Source: Methylorubrum extorquens (GTDB lineage Bacteria; Pseudomonadota; Alphaproteobacteria; Rhizobiales; Beijerinckiaceae). From it: a stretch of DNA of 32,000 nucleotides. Within the stretch, counting starts at the first letter, position 1, and each line of letters begins with the position of its first letter. The notes under the pieces were generated by a model. The model searched no databases. It had not been told where the DNA came from and saw only the letters and a list, made by a program, of their open reading frames with translations. Below are positions 8,660 to 16,340 of this stretch, piece by piece. The DNA lies in assembly GCA_900234795.1 (NCBI GenBank), contig LT962688.1:4230001-4262000 (forward strand), given 5' to 3'. Made by a program: the position numbers and the translations under genes.

Positions 8660-8955
8660 GCGGCCGCCCTCGCCGAAAGCCGCGTTCGGGAGTCTCGGCC
8701 TGCCGGTGCTGTGGTTCCGCGCCCTGCTGGGGAGCGTCCGCCGAGTGGAGCGCTGAGGGCTTGCGCACGGGTTCGTCACGGGGGCGGTCGGCGACCTGGA
8801 GTTGGCCTGACAATCGGCTGCGAGTGTTCAAGGTTTCAGGGCATGGCAGCCATGTAATCGACGGGTTGTCGCTCGCCCGAACGTGTTGTAGCGGACCACT
8901 CGGGCCAATAAATTTTTGAGCGGCGCGAAAAATAAAATGAATAATGACGATAAAC

Positions 8956-8984
8956 TTCACATCCGTTCCGCCAATGTGCAATAT
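8956..8984 (+). promoter_or_regulatory. Candidate sigma70-type promoter of mqo (TTCACA-17 bp-CAATAT)
   Basis: It lies in a markedly AT-rich 100-bp stretch. The -10 element ends 6 nt before the ATG at 8991, so the transcript would be leaderless or nearly so. This is based on pattern only. Confidence 0.25.
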
Positions 8985-8990
8985 AGTCTG

Positions 8991-10643
8991 ATGCCGATGA
9001 ACCGGCGTCACGTTCTCGGCGGCGCGCTGGCGGGTCTGGCGGCAACGGCTCTGCCGGGTTCGCCCCTGCTCGCGGCGGACGAGCCCCGCAAGGTCGATGT
9101 GCTGCTGATCGGCGGCGGCATCATGAGCGCGACGCTCGGTGTCTGGCTGCGCGAGCTCGAGCCCGACTGGTCGCTGGAGATGGTCGAGCGGCTCGACGGC
9201 GTGGCCCTGGAAAGCTCCAACGGCTGGAACAATGCCGGCACCGGCCACTCGGCCCTGGCCGAGCTGAACTACACCCCGGAGGATTCCAAGGGGAACGTCC
9301 AGATCAACAAGGCCGTCGAAATCAACGAGGCCTTCCAGGTCACGCGCCAGTTCATGGCGTGGCAGGTCCAGAAGGGCGTGCTGAAGAACCCGCGCTCCTT
9401 CATCAACTCCACGCCCCACATGAGCTTCGTCTGGGGTGACGACAACATCACCTTCCTGCGCAAGCGCTACGAGGCGCTGAAGGCGAGCCCGCTGTTTGCC
9501 GGGATGGAGTTCTCGACCGACCCCGAGCAGGTCAAGAAGTGGGTCCCCCTGATGATGGAGGGGCGCGACCCGAAGCAGAAGGTCGCCGCCACGTGGTCGC
9601 CGCTCGGCACCGATTGCGAGTGGGGCGAGGTCACCCGCCAGTACATCGCCTCGCTGAAGAGCGGCCCGAAGTTCGACCTGCGCCTCTCGACCGAGGTCGA
9701 GAGCTTCGAGCGCAACAAGGACGGGACCTGGCGCGTCACCTCGAAGAACCTGAAGGACGGCAGCCGCCACACGGTCGATGCCCGGTTCGTGTTCATCGGC
9801 GCGGGCGGCGGCGCGCTGCACCTGCTGCAGGCCACCGGCATTCCCGAGGCCGACGAGTATGGCGGCTTCCCCGTCGGCGGCTCGTTTCTCGTCACCGATA
9901 ACCAGGACGTGGCCCTGCGCCACCTCGCCAAGGCCTACGGCAAGGCCTCGGTCGGCTCGCCGCCGATGTCCGTGCCGCACCTCGACACGCGGGTGCTCGA
10001 CGGCAAGCGCGTGATCCTGTTCGGACCCTTCGCGACCTTCTCGACCAAGTTCCTGAAGGAAGGCTCGTATTTCGACCTTCTGACCTCGACCACCACCAGC
10101 AATGTCTGGCCGATGGTCCGCGTCGGCGTCGAGCAGTACCCGCTGATCGAGTACCTCGCCGGCCAGGTGATGCTGTCCGACGAGGACCGCTACCAGGCCC
10201 TGCGCGAGTACTTCCCCGATGCGAAGAAGAACGAGTGGCGCCTCGTCCAGGCCGGGCAGCGCGTGCAGATCATCAAGCGCGACCCGGAGAAGGGCGGCGT
10301 GCTCAAGCTCGGCACGGAAGTCGTGAGCGCCAAGGACGGCAGCATCGCCGCCCTGCTCGGCGCCTCGCCGGGCGCCTCCACCGCCGCACCGATCATGCTG
10401 ACCGTGCTGGAGAAGGTGTTCGCGCAGAAGGTCGCCAGCCCCGAATGGCAGGCGAAGATCCGCCAGATCGTGCCGAGCTACGGCACGAAGTTGAACGGCG
10501 ATCCGCAGCGGGTGCAGCAGGCGCTGGCCTATACCAGCGAGCACCTGCAGCTCACCCCGCCACCGCAGATCGGCACCCCGGCCCAGCCGACGCCCGCATC
10601 CGAGATGGGGACCGTCAAGTCGGTCCCCGACATGGCACCGTAA
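8991..10643 (+). CDS. mqo: Malate:quinone oxidoreductase
   Basis: It is near-collinear with E. coli Mqo (recalled): [89 protein letters not shown]. The start is taken at 8991 (or 8997) because codons 8916-8990 are AT-rich and atypical for this genome. The N-terminus [26 protein letters not shown] resembles a Tat or membrane-anchor signal. Confidence 0.9.
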   Translation: MPMNRRHVLGGALAGLAATALPGSPLLAADEPRKVDVLLIGGGIMSATLGVWLRELEPDWSLEMVERLDGVALESSNGWNNAGTGHSALAELNYTPEDSKGNVQINKAVEINEAFQVTRQFMAWQVQKGVLKNPRSFINSTPHMSFVWGDDNITFLRKRYEALKASPLFAGMEFSTDPEQVKKWVPLMMEGRDPKQKVAATWSPLGTDCEWGEVTRQYIASLKSGPKFDLRLSTEVESFERNKDGTWRVTSKNLKDGSRHTVDARFVFIGAGGGALHLLQATGIPEADEYGGFPVGGSFLVTDNQDVALRHLAKAYGKASVGSPPMSVPHLDTRVLDGKRVILFGPFATFSTKFLKEGSYFDLLTSTTTSNVWPMVRVGVEQYPLIEYLAGQVMLSDEDRYQALREYFPDAKKNEWRLVQAGQRVQIIKRDPEKGGVLKLGTEVVSAKDGSIAALLGASPGASTAAPIMLTVLEKVFAQKVASPEWQAKIRQIVPSYGTKLNGDPQRVQQALAYTSEHLQLTPPPQIGTPAQPTPASEMGTVKSVPDMAP

Positions 10644-10663
10644 CCTGGCGCCGTAAGGTGATC

Positions 10664-10701
10664 GGGGCCGGAGCGGACCGTCAGGCCTCCGCTTCGGCCC
10701 C
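10664..10701. terminator. GC-rich hairpin between convergent mqo and the AI-2E transporter gene
   Basis: GGGGCCGGAGCGG-12 nt-CCGCTTCGGCCCC forms a 13-bp stem with one G-U pair. There is no clear U-tract, and the right arm overlaps the last codons of the minus-strand gene. Confidence 0.3.
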
Positions 10702-11874
10702 ATCCTCGATGTAGAGTTCTTCCAGCAGCACCTTGATCACGGCCACGAGCGGCAGCGCGAGCGCCACGCCCCACAGGCCGAACAGCACGCCGAGCAGGAG
10801 CTGGCCGGCGAAGATCGTCGCCGCCGGCAGGTCGAGGGCGCGGCGCTGGATGAACGGGGTGAGCCCGTAGCTCTCCGCCGCCTGCACCGCGAGGTAGACG
10901 CCGAGCGCCCCGAGCAATCCGTTCAGCCCCGAAGCGAGGCTGCTCAGCACGATCACCAGACCCGCGATCAACGGCCCGATGGTCGGCACGAAGGCGAGCA
11001 GGCCCGCCTGGAGCCCGAGGATCAGCGCGCCGCCGATCCCGAGGAAGCTCAAGCCCGCCCAGGTCAGCACGAAGATCGCCGCCATGGTCACGAGCTGCCC
11101 GAACAGCCAGTGCCGCAGGGTCTCGCCCGATCCGTCGAGGACGCGCGCGCCCTTCTCGCGGTGGCGCGGAGGCACGAGCCGCAGGGCGCCGTCGCGGTAG
11201 CTCCCCGGGTCGGCGGCGATGGCGACGCCGAGGAAGACGATCACGAGGACGTTGCCCAGCGCGTTGAACAGCGCGATCACCACGGTCGCCGCCGGCCCAA
11301 GCACGCTGCCGGCATCCGACAGCAGCGAGCCGGGGCTCTTGAGGGCGCCCGAGGCGAGGCCGGCGAGGCCGCCTTCCTTCCCGTTCTTGTCCTTGCCCGT
11401 CTCTTTGCCCGTATCCTGGCCCTTGCCTTCTCCACTCTGACCGGCCTCCGCCGGTGCCCCCTGCGACAGGTCGATCTCGACGCCGCGCTCCTTCAGCCAG
11501 TCGCGCACGGTCTCCGATTGCTGGCGCACCGTCGTGCCTAGGTCGCGTGCCTGGCTCGCCACGGTGGCGCCGCCGAAGGCCGTGAGCCCGAGCGCGAGGG
11601 CGGCGAGCACGAGGCTGGCGATCGCGAGGCGCCACCCGCGCCCGATCGGCAGCACATATCCGAGGCCCCGGGTCACCCCGTCGAGGAAGACGGCGAACAA
11701 GATGCCGGAAAAGATCAGCAGCAGCGTCGCTGCCGCGGTCCAAGCGAGCCAGAGGGCGGCGGCGAAGGCCACGACCGCGATGCCCGCGGCCGCAAGGCGC
11801 CATGCGCCCGGCGGGTTGGCCGGCGGGCTGAAAGGGGGAGCCGTCATGGTTCGGGGGATCCGTTTGCGGTTCAT
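10681..11874 (-). CDS. AI-2E family transporter (PerM/UPF0118)
   Basis: It has a multi-pass membrane profile and the conserved C-terminal block FVPTIGPLIAGLVIVLSSL...YGLTPFIQRRALDLPAATIFAGQLLLGVLFGLWGVALALPLVAV. An alternative start lies at 11847. It contains a Gly/Lys/Glu-rich low-complexity loop (GQSGEGKGQDTGKETGKDKNGKEGG). Confidence 0.85.
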   Translation of the reverse strand: MNRKRIPRTMTAPPFSPPANPPGAWRLAAAGIAVVAFAAALWLAWTAAATLLLIFSGILFAVFLDGVTRGLGYVLPIGRGWRLAIASLVLAALALGLTAFGGATVASQARDLGTTVRQQSETVRDWLKERGVEIDLSQGAPAEAGQSGEGKGQDTGKETGKDKNGKEGGLAGLASGALKSPGSLLSDAGSVLGPAATVVIALFNALGNVLVIVFLGVAIAADPGSYRDGALRLVPPRHREKGARVLDGSGETLRHWLFGQLVTMAAIFVLTWAGLSFLGIGGALILGLQAGLLAFVPTIGPLIAGLVIVLSSLASGLNGLLGALGVYLAVQAAESYGLTPFIQRRALDLPAATIFAGQLLLGVLFGLWGVALALPLVAVIKVLLEELYIEDGAEAEA

Positions 11875-11913
11875 GCGGGGCTAAGAAAGACCCCGGGACA
11901 ATCGGTGATGTGT

Positions 11914-11965
11914 CAGGCCCGAGATTCAGGCCCAGGATTCAGACCCAGGATTCAGACCCAGGCTT
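11914..11965. repeat. Tandem repeat of 4 x 13 nt (CAGRCCCRRGMTT units) spanning the moaE stop codon
   Basis: The units are caggcccgagatt, caggcccaggatt, cagacccaggatt and cagacccaggctt. The rightmost unit encodes the last MoaE residues (AWV). The stop codon (11952-11954) lies at the junction with the adjacent unit to its left (third unit on the + strand). Confidence 0.8.
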
Positions 11966-12404
11966 GGGCGGCGGCGGCGTCGGCCTCCGTCGCCGCGACC
12001 CAGCCGCCGGTGGTGCCGTCGGCGAGGTGCTCGCGCTTCCAGAACGGGGCGCGGGTCTTGAGATAATCCATCAGGAAGTCGGCCGCGGCGAAGGCGGCCT
12101 TGCGGTGCGGCGAGGCGGTGATCACGAGGACGATGCCCTCGCCCGGCCGCACCAGCCCGTGGCGGTGGATCACCCGCAGGGCCTGGACCGGCCAGCGAGC
12201 GCGCGCCTCCTCCACCACGCGGGCGATCTCGGCCTCGGCCATGCCGGGATAATGCTCCAGCTCCAGCGCGGCGAGCCGGCCCGCCTCGTCGCGGCAGAGG
12301 CCGGAGAAGGTCACCACCGCCCCGGCCCGGCCGGCCAGCTCCGCTTCGATCCGGGCGATCTCGGCGGCGGTGTCGAAGGGCTCGGACTGGATGCTGACCG
12401 TCAT
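11952..12404 (-). CDS. moaE: Molybdopterin synthase catalytic subunit
   Basis: Only the last 150 aa of track ORF 11952..14360 are credible: MTVSIQSEPFDTAAEIARIE...VVTFSGLCRDE...LEHYPGMAE...VIHRHGLVRPGEGIVLVITASPHRKAAFAAADFLMDYLKTRAPFWKRE. This is the MoaE signature. An alternative start lies at 12422. Confidence 0.85.
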   Translation of the reverse strand: MTVSIQSEPFDTAAEIARIEAELAGRAGAVVTFSGLCRDEAGRLAALELEHYPGMAEAEIARVVEEARARWPVQALRVIHRHGLVRPGEGIVLVITASPHRKAAFAAADFLMDYLKTRAPFWKREHLADGTTGGWVAATEADAAAAQAWV

Positions 12405-12563
12405 GACCCACACATGACCCATATTGAGGGAACGCGTACGCGGCGCCGACAGACCGGCCCCGGCGTTTCGCGCCGGCCCGTGACCCCCTTTGCCCGTGAG
12501 CCTATATGGCTCAACAATAGGACCGCGCCACCGGCGCCGTTTCGACGAACAGCGAGCCGCGAC

Positions 12564-13586
12564 GTGACGCCCGACCTGATCCTGCCCTACGACGGCATCC
12601 TGCCCGTCTTCGCCAGCCGCCCCGTCTGGTGCGGGCGCGCCAGCACCGTGATCGGCGCCGCCACCCTCGGGGCCCAGGCCTGGCTCGGCGACGACAGCGT
12701 GATCCGCAGCGACGGCCAGCCGATCACCGCGGGCGACCGCTTCTGGCTCGGCGCCCGCTCCACCGTCCACATCGCCACCGAATCGCTGCCGACGCATATC
12801 GGCGACCGAGTCACGGTCGGCCGCAACGCGGTGGTGCATGCCTGCACCGTGGGCTCGGACGTGGTGATCGAGGACGACGCGATCATCCTCGACGGGGCGA
12901 TCGTCGGCAACAACGTGCTGATCGAGGCGGGCGCCACCATCTTCCCCCGCTCGAAGCTCGAGAGCGGCTTCGCCTATGGCGGCAACCCGGCCAAGCGCCT
13001 GCGCCCGGTGACGCCGGAGGAACTGGCCGAGCGGGCCGAACGCCTGCGCGAGGCGTCCGGCGAGGCAGCGAGCCCGGCCGCGCATCCTGAGCCGCCCGAG
13101 ACCGAAGAGAGCGTGTTCGTGGCCCGCACCGCCCGGCTCTCCGGCCGCATCGCGCTCGGCGCCGGATCGACGGTGCTGTTCTCCTGTGAACTCGCCGCGG
13201 AGGTCGGGCCGATCGTGGTCGGGGCCGACACCAACATCCAGGACAACACGGTGATCCGCAGCCGCGGCGAGGGCGTGGTGATCGGGCGCGACACCACGAT
13301 CGGCCACAACGTGCGCATGGCCGATTGCCGGATCGGCGCCCGCAGCCTGATCGGCATCGGCTCGGTGCTGGCGCCGGGCACGGTGGTGGCCGACGACGTG
13401 ATGCTGGCTGGCGGCGCGACCACCGATCCGGGCCAGTTGCTGGAGGGCGGTCATCTCTGGGGCGGGCGCCCGGCCCGCATCCTCGGCACGCTCGACGCGG
13501 CGAAGCGCGCGATGATGAGCCACATCGTCGAGGGCTATTGCCGGCACGGGCGCGAGTACCGGCTGCTGCAGGAGCAGGAGGGGTAA
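12564..13586 (+). CDS. Tandem (duplicated) gamma-carbonic-anhydrase-like left-handed beta-helix protein
   Basis: Two hexapeptide-repeat/gamma-CA-like halves (aa ~15-150 and ~183-310) are joined by an acidic Pro-rich linker. The second half has TNIQDNTVIR...IGHNV, and the first has STVHIA...VGRNAVVHAC. A GTG start at 12564 is assumed; an in-frame ATG at 12414 would add an Arg-rich, implausible extension. Confidence 0.7.
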   Translation: MTPDLILPYDGILPVFASRPVWCGRASTVIGAATLGAQAWLGDDSVIRSDGQPITAGDRFWLGARSTVHIATESLPTHIGDRVTVGRNAVVHACTVGSDVVIEDDAIILDGAIVGNNVLIEAGATIFPRSKLESGFAYGGNPAKRLRPVTPEELAERAERLREASGEAASPAAHPEPPETEESVFVARTARLSGRIALGAGSTVLFSCELAAEVGPIVVGADTNIQDNTVIRSRGEGVVIGRDTTIGHNVRMADCRIGARSLIGIGSVLAPGTVVADDVMLAGGATTDPGQLLEGGHLWGGRPARILGTLDAAKRAMMSHIVEGYCRHGREYRLLQEQEG

Positions 13587-13646
13587 GGCGATCCGCGCCC
13601 TCTGCCACGCCCTCTCCAACGCGCCGTCCCCGGAGTCGACAGAGCC

Positions 13647-14639
13647 ATGATGAGCCGTCTCTCGATGCTGACGCTCGGCGGCCGGAAACGGTTCGACGAT
13701 CTCAGCGAGCAGGAGATCCTGGCGCTCGCGATCGGGTCCGAGGAGGAGGACGGCCAGATCTACCGGGCCTATGCGGGACGCCTGCGCGGCGAATACCCCC
13801 ATTCGGCCGCCCTGTTCGACGCGATGGCGGAGGCCGAGGATGAGCATCGCCGCCGCCTGATCGCGCGCTACAAGCAGCGCTTCGGCGACTTCATCATCCC
13901 GATCCGGCGCGAGCACATTGCCGGCTATTACAGCCGCAAGCCGGTCTGGCTGATGCGCAATCTCGGGCTCGACCGGGTCCGCGAGGAGGCCGCCGCGATG
14001 GAGCGGCAGGCGCGCGACTTCTACCTCGCCGCCGCCCGGCGCTCGACCGACGCCGACACGCGCCGCCTGCTCGGCGACCTCGCCGCGGCGGAGAGCGCGC
14101 ACGAGCGGACGGCCGAGGCGCTGGCGGACGAGCATCTCGGCGGCTCCGTCCGCGACGAGGAGGACGCGGCCGCCCATCGCCAGTTCATCCTGACCTGGGT
14201 CCAGCCGGGGCTTGCCGGCCTCATGGACGGGTCGGTCTCGACGCTCGCGCCGATCTTCGCCACGGCGTTTGCCACGCAGAACCCGTGGACGACCTTCCTC
14301 GTCGGCCTCTCGGCCTCGATCGGCGCCGGCATCTCGATGGGCTTCACCGAGGCCGCGCACGACGACGGCAAGATCTCCGGGCGCGGGTCACCGCTGAAAC
14401 GCGGCCTCGCTTCCGGCGTGATGACCGCGCTCGGCGGCCTCGGCCACGCGCTGCCCTACCTGATCCCGAACTTCTGGCTGGCGACGAGCATCGCCTTCGC
14501 CGTGGTCTTCTTCGAGCTCTGGGCCATCGTCTGGATCCAGAACCGCTACATGGAGACGCCCTTCCTGCGCGCCGCCTTCCAGATCGTGCTCGGCGGCTCC
14601 CTCGTGCTCGCGACGGGCATCCTCATCGGCGGCGCCTGA
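13647..14639 (+). CDS. mbfA: Membrane-bound ferritin-like (erythrin)-VIT1/CCC1 fusion iron exporter
   Basis: The N-terminal ferritin-like domain carries ExxH motifs ([20 protein letters not shown]). The C-terminal VIT1/CCC1 membrane domain has [15 protein letters not shown] and [15 protein letters not shown]. The architecture matches MbfA of Bradyrhizobium and Agrobacterium. Confidence 0.85.
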   Translation: MMSRLSMLTLGGRKRFDDLSEQEILALAIGSEEEDGQIYRAYAGRLRGEYPHSAALFDAMAEAEDEHRRRLIARYKQRFGDFIIPIRREHIAGYYSRKPVWLMRNLGLDRVREEAAAMERQARDFYLAAARRSTDADTRRLLGDLAAAESAHERTAEALADEHLGGSVRDEEDAAAHRQFILTWVQPGLAGLMDGSVSTLAPIFATAFATQNPWTTFLVGLSASIGAGISMGFTEAAHDDGKISGRGSPLKRGLASGVMTALGGLGHALPYLIPNFWLATSIAFAVVFFELWAIVWIQNRYMETPFLRAAFQIVLGGSLVLATGILIGGA

Positions 14640-14660
14640 CGGGCCCATGGACGAGCGCGC

Positions 14661-15347
14661 CTACCCGCAGGCGATCTGATCGCAGCGCCGCATCGCCCCG
14701 ATCATCTTCGCCAGCGACTTCACGCCGGGATGGCCGAGCACGCCGGTATTGCCGAGGACGTAGGAGGGGGTCGCGGTGAGGCCGAGATTGGCCGCGACGG
14801 TCATGTGGGCGCGCATCGCCTCGCGCACCTCGTCGCTGTCGGCGATCTGTTCGAGTTCGGCCCGCGTCACCCCGGCCTTGGCACCGATCTCAAGCGCCTT
14901 GAGGCCATCGATCTGGCCCTTGGTGGCGAGAAGCTGGCCGTAGAAGGCGAAGGCCGCCGCCGAGCCGAGCTTGCGCTGGACGGCGAGCGAGACCTTGGCG
15001 GCCTGGGCCGACATCGGCGAGAGGATCGGGTTGTGGACGAGGCCGATGCGGAGGGCCGGATCGCTGGCGGCGAGCGCTGTGACGTCGGCGGCGGCCTTGC
15101 GGCACCAAGGGCAGTTGTAGTCGAAGAACTCGTAGAGGGTCACCTCGGCCTCGCGCGGGCCGACATAGGTGACGCCGCGCAATTCCTGGATCTGCCCGGT
15201 GATCTCGCCGGGCAGCCGCATGTTGGCCACCGGCCGGCCCTCGTCGTTCTCGACCTTGAAGGTCTGGCCATAGCTCTGCGCGGCGGCAGGGCCGACGATC
15301 GCGAGGCCGAGCGAGGAGGCGAGGAAGCGGCGGCGGTCGAGGCTCAT
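14661..15347 (-). CDS. DsbA-family thiol:disulfide oxidoreductase, exported
   Basis: The thioredoxin-fold active site is FFDYNCPWCRK. The start is taken at MSLDRRRFLASSLGLAIVGPAAAQS, a Tat/Sec-type signal. The track ORF extends 14 codons further upstream. Confidence 0.8.
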   Translation of the reverse strand: MSLDRRRFLASSLGLAIVGPAAAQSYGQTFKVENDEGRPVANMRLPGEITGQIQELRGVTYVGPREAEVTLYEFFDYNCPWCRKAAADVTALAASDPALRIGLVHNPILSPMSAQAAKVSLAVQRKLGSAAAFAFYGQLLATKGQIDGLKALEIGAKAGVTRAELEQIADSDEVREAMRAHMTVAANLGLTATPSYVLGNTGVLGHPGVKSLAKMIGAMRRCDQIACG

Positions 15348-15493
15348 AGGCGGATCCCTGATCGGGCGCGGTCTGAGCGGACCGCGCATGCCGCGCTATA
15401 TCCGCCGAGCATGGTTTATTTTTGCACCGCTCGGGCCGGCAATCCGACCGCCGAGCGACCGGCCGGTTTCGGCATGAAGGGGATGCGGTCGTT

Positions 15494-15817
15494 TCAGGCG
15501 AGGACTTGCAAGCCGTGTTTTTGGACCACCGCCAAGAGCTTCAGCGCCATGCCGCTGGGACGTTTGGCACCGGTCTCCCACTTCTCGATCGTGCTCTCGC
15601 TGGTGTTGAGATAGCGAGCGAATACCGGCTGGCTGACGTTATTGGCCTCGCGGAGCCTCTTGATCTGGGCCGGCTCGATCATGTCCGGCACCATCAGGTG
15701 GCGCGCATCGAAGTCGCGCATGGTGGCTTTGTCCAGCGCCCCGACCTTATGCAACATGGCTGCCGAGGCGTGAATCGCTTCGGAAATGTCGCTCCTGTAC
15801 TTACGCTTTGTCGCCAT
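15494..15817 (-). CDS. HTH (XRE/NadS-YiaG-like) antitoxin of a HigBA-type toxin-antitoxin pair
   Basis: The C-terminal HTH is IKRLREANNVSQPVFARYLNTSESTIEKWETGAKRPSGMALKLL. It overlaps the upstream toxin gene by 17 nt. Its GC content is visibly lower than the flanking DNA. Confidence 0.8.
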   Translation of the reverse strand: MATKRKYRSDISEAIHASAAMLHKVGALDKATMRDFDARHLMVPDMIEPAQIKRLREANNVSQPVFARYLNTSESTIEKWETGAKRPSGMALKLLAVVQKHGLQVLA

Positions 15818-16202
15818 CGCAGATTTCCAGAAGGTCCTTGTCTGATACGAGTTTGTCGATCTGCTCTTTAGCTAGAGAAGCGTAACCCTTTGCGAGCAGC
15901 TTGAAGTCCCTCAGCTCATCGTCATCGATGTTATCGCGATCCTTCTTGGCGAAGAGGTATTCGTAGATCCAGTATCGTCCGCCTTTTGCTAAGATCATGC
16001 TCCGGTGCATGTTCTTGTTCAGGCGTTTCTTGAAGACCCCGCCGCCGAGATCATCCGCTTGGCCGGCCATGACTTCTCGGAGAGCCTCACAAAGCTCGGC
16101 ATCTCTTATGCCCGCTTTGCGGCCCGACCGAGTAAAGACGGCGGTCTTGAAGGCTCGCGAAACATTCTCACCGGCGTCAGCATTCAGGCGATCGTCGACC
16201 AT
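15801..16202 (-). CDS. RelE/ParE-superfamily toxin (HigB-like, COG4737/DUF1044 type)
   Basis: GGGVFKKRLNKNMHRSMILAKGGRYWIYEYLFAKKDRDNIDDDEL matches the conserved core of this toxin family (recalled). The toxin-first gene order is typical of higBA. The start is taken at 16202 (MVDD) because the 16217 ATG lies inside the operator palindrome. GC content is about 50%. Confidence 0.75.
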   Translation of the reverse strand: MVDDRLNADAGENVSRAFKTAVFTRSGRKAGIRDAELCEALREVMAGQADDLGGGVFKKRLNKNMHRSMILAKGGRYWIYEYLFAKKDRDNIDDDELRDFKLLAKGYASLAKEQIDKLVSDKDLLEICDGDKA

Positions 16203-16207
16203 GTACC

Positions 16208-16230
16208 AAGATAGCACTGAGTGCTATCTT
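16208..16230. promoter_or_regulatory. Perfect inverted repeat AAGATAGCAC-tga-GTGCTATCTT, a candidate TA operator
   Basis: It has 10-bp perfect arms and a 3-nt spacer. It lies immediately upstream of the toxin start, at the expected position for antitoxin autoregulation. Confidence 0.55.
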
Positions 16231-16242
16231 TTTAAAGGGCAC

Positions 16243-16314
16243 CCTCGAAGGGCCCTCCAGGGATCTGGATAACCCTTCGAGGCCGATGCTCCGCGCCGGC
16301 ACCTCAGGATGAGG
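16243..16314. repeat. Truncated, degenerate copy of the nested-palindrome repeat family seen at 23891-23997
   Basis: It contains a degenerate inner hairpin, CCTCGAAGGGCCCTCCAG...CTGGATAACCCTTCGAGG, and the right outer arm CACCTCAGGATGAGG (16300-16314). The left outer arm CCTCATCCTGAGGTG is missing. Confidence 0.7.
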
Positions 16315-16340
16315 GATCAGATGGGATCACCTCCCAACCC

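Noticed and set aside
8601-10703. A 700-aa minus-strand ORF covering mqo, and the TTG-initiated extension of mqo from 8916 to 8990.
   Set aside because: The minus-strand ORF is antisense to an unmistakable Mqo sequence and has no motifs. The 8916-8990 codons are AT-rich (KNKMNNDDK), which is inconsistent with the codon usage of this genome.
12405-14360. The upstream ~650 aa of minus-strand ORF 11952..14360 (802 aa), and the plus-strand extension 11910..12563.
   Set aside because: Only the terminal 150 aa form MoaE. The rest is antisense to the gamma-CA-like gene and mbfA. The plus-strand extension runs antisense through moaE and is Arg/Gly-rich.
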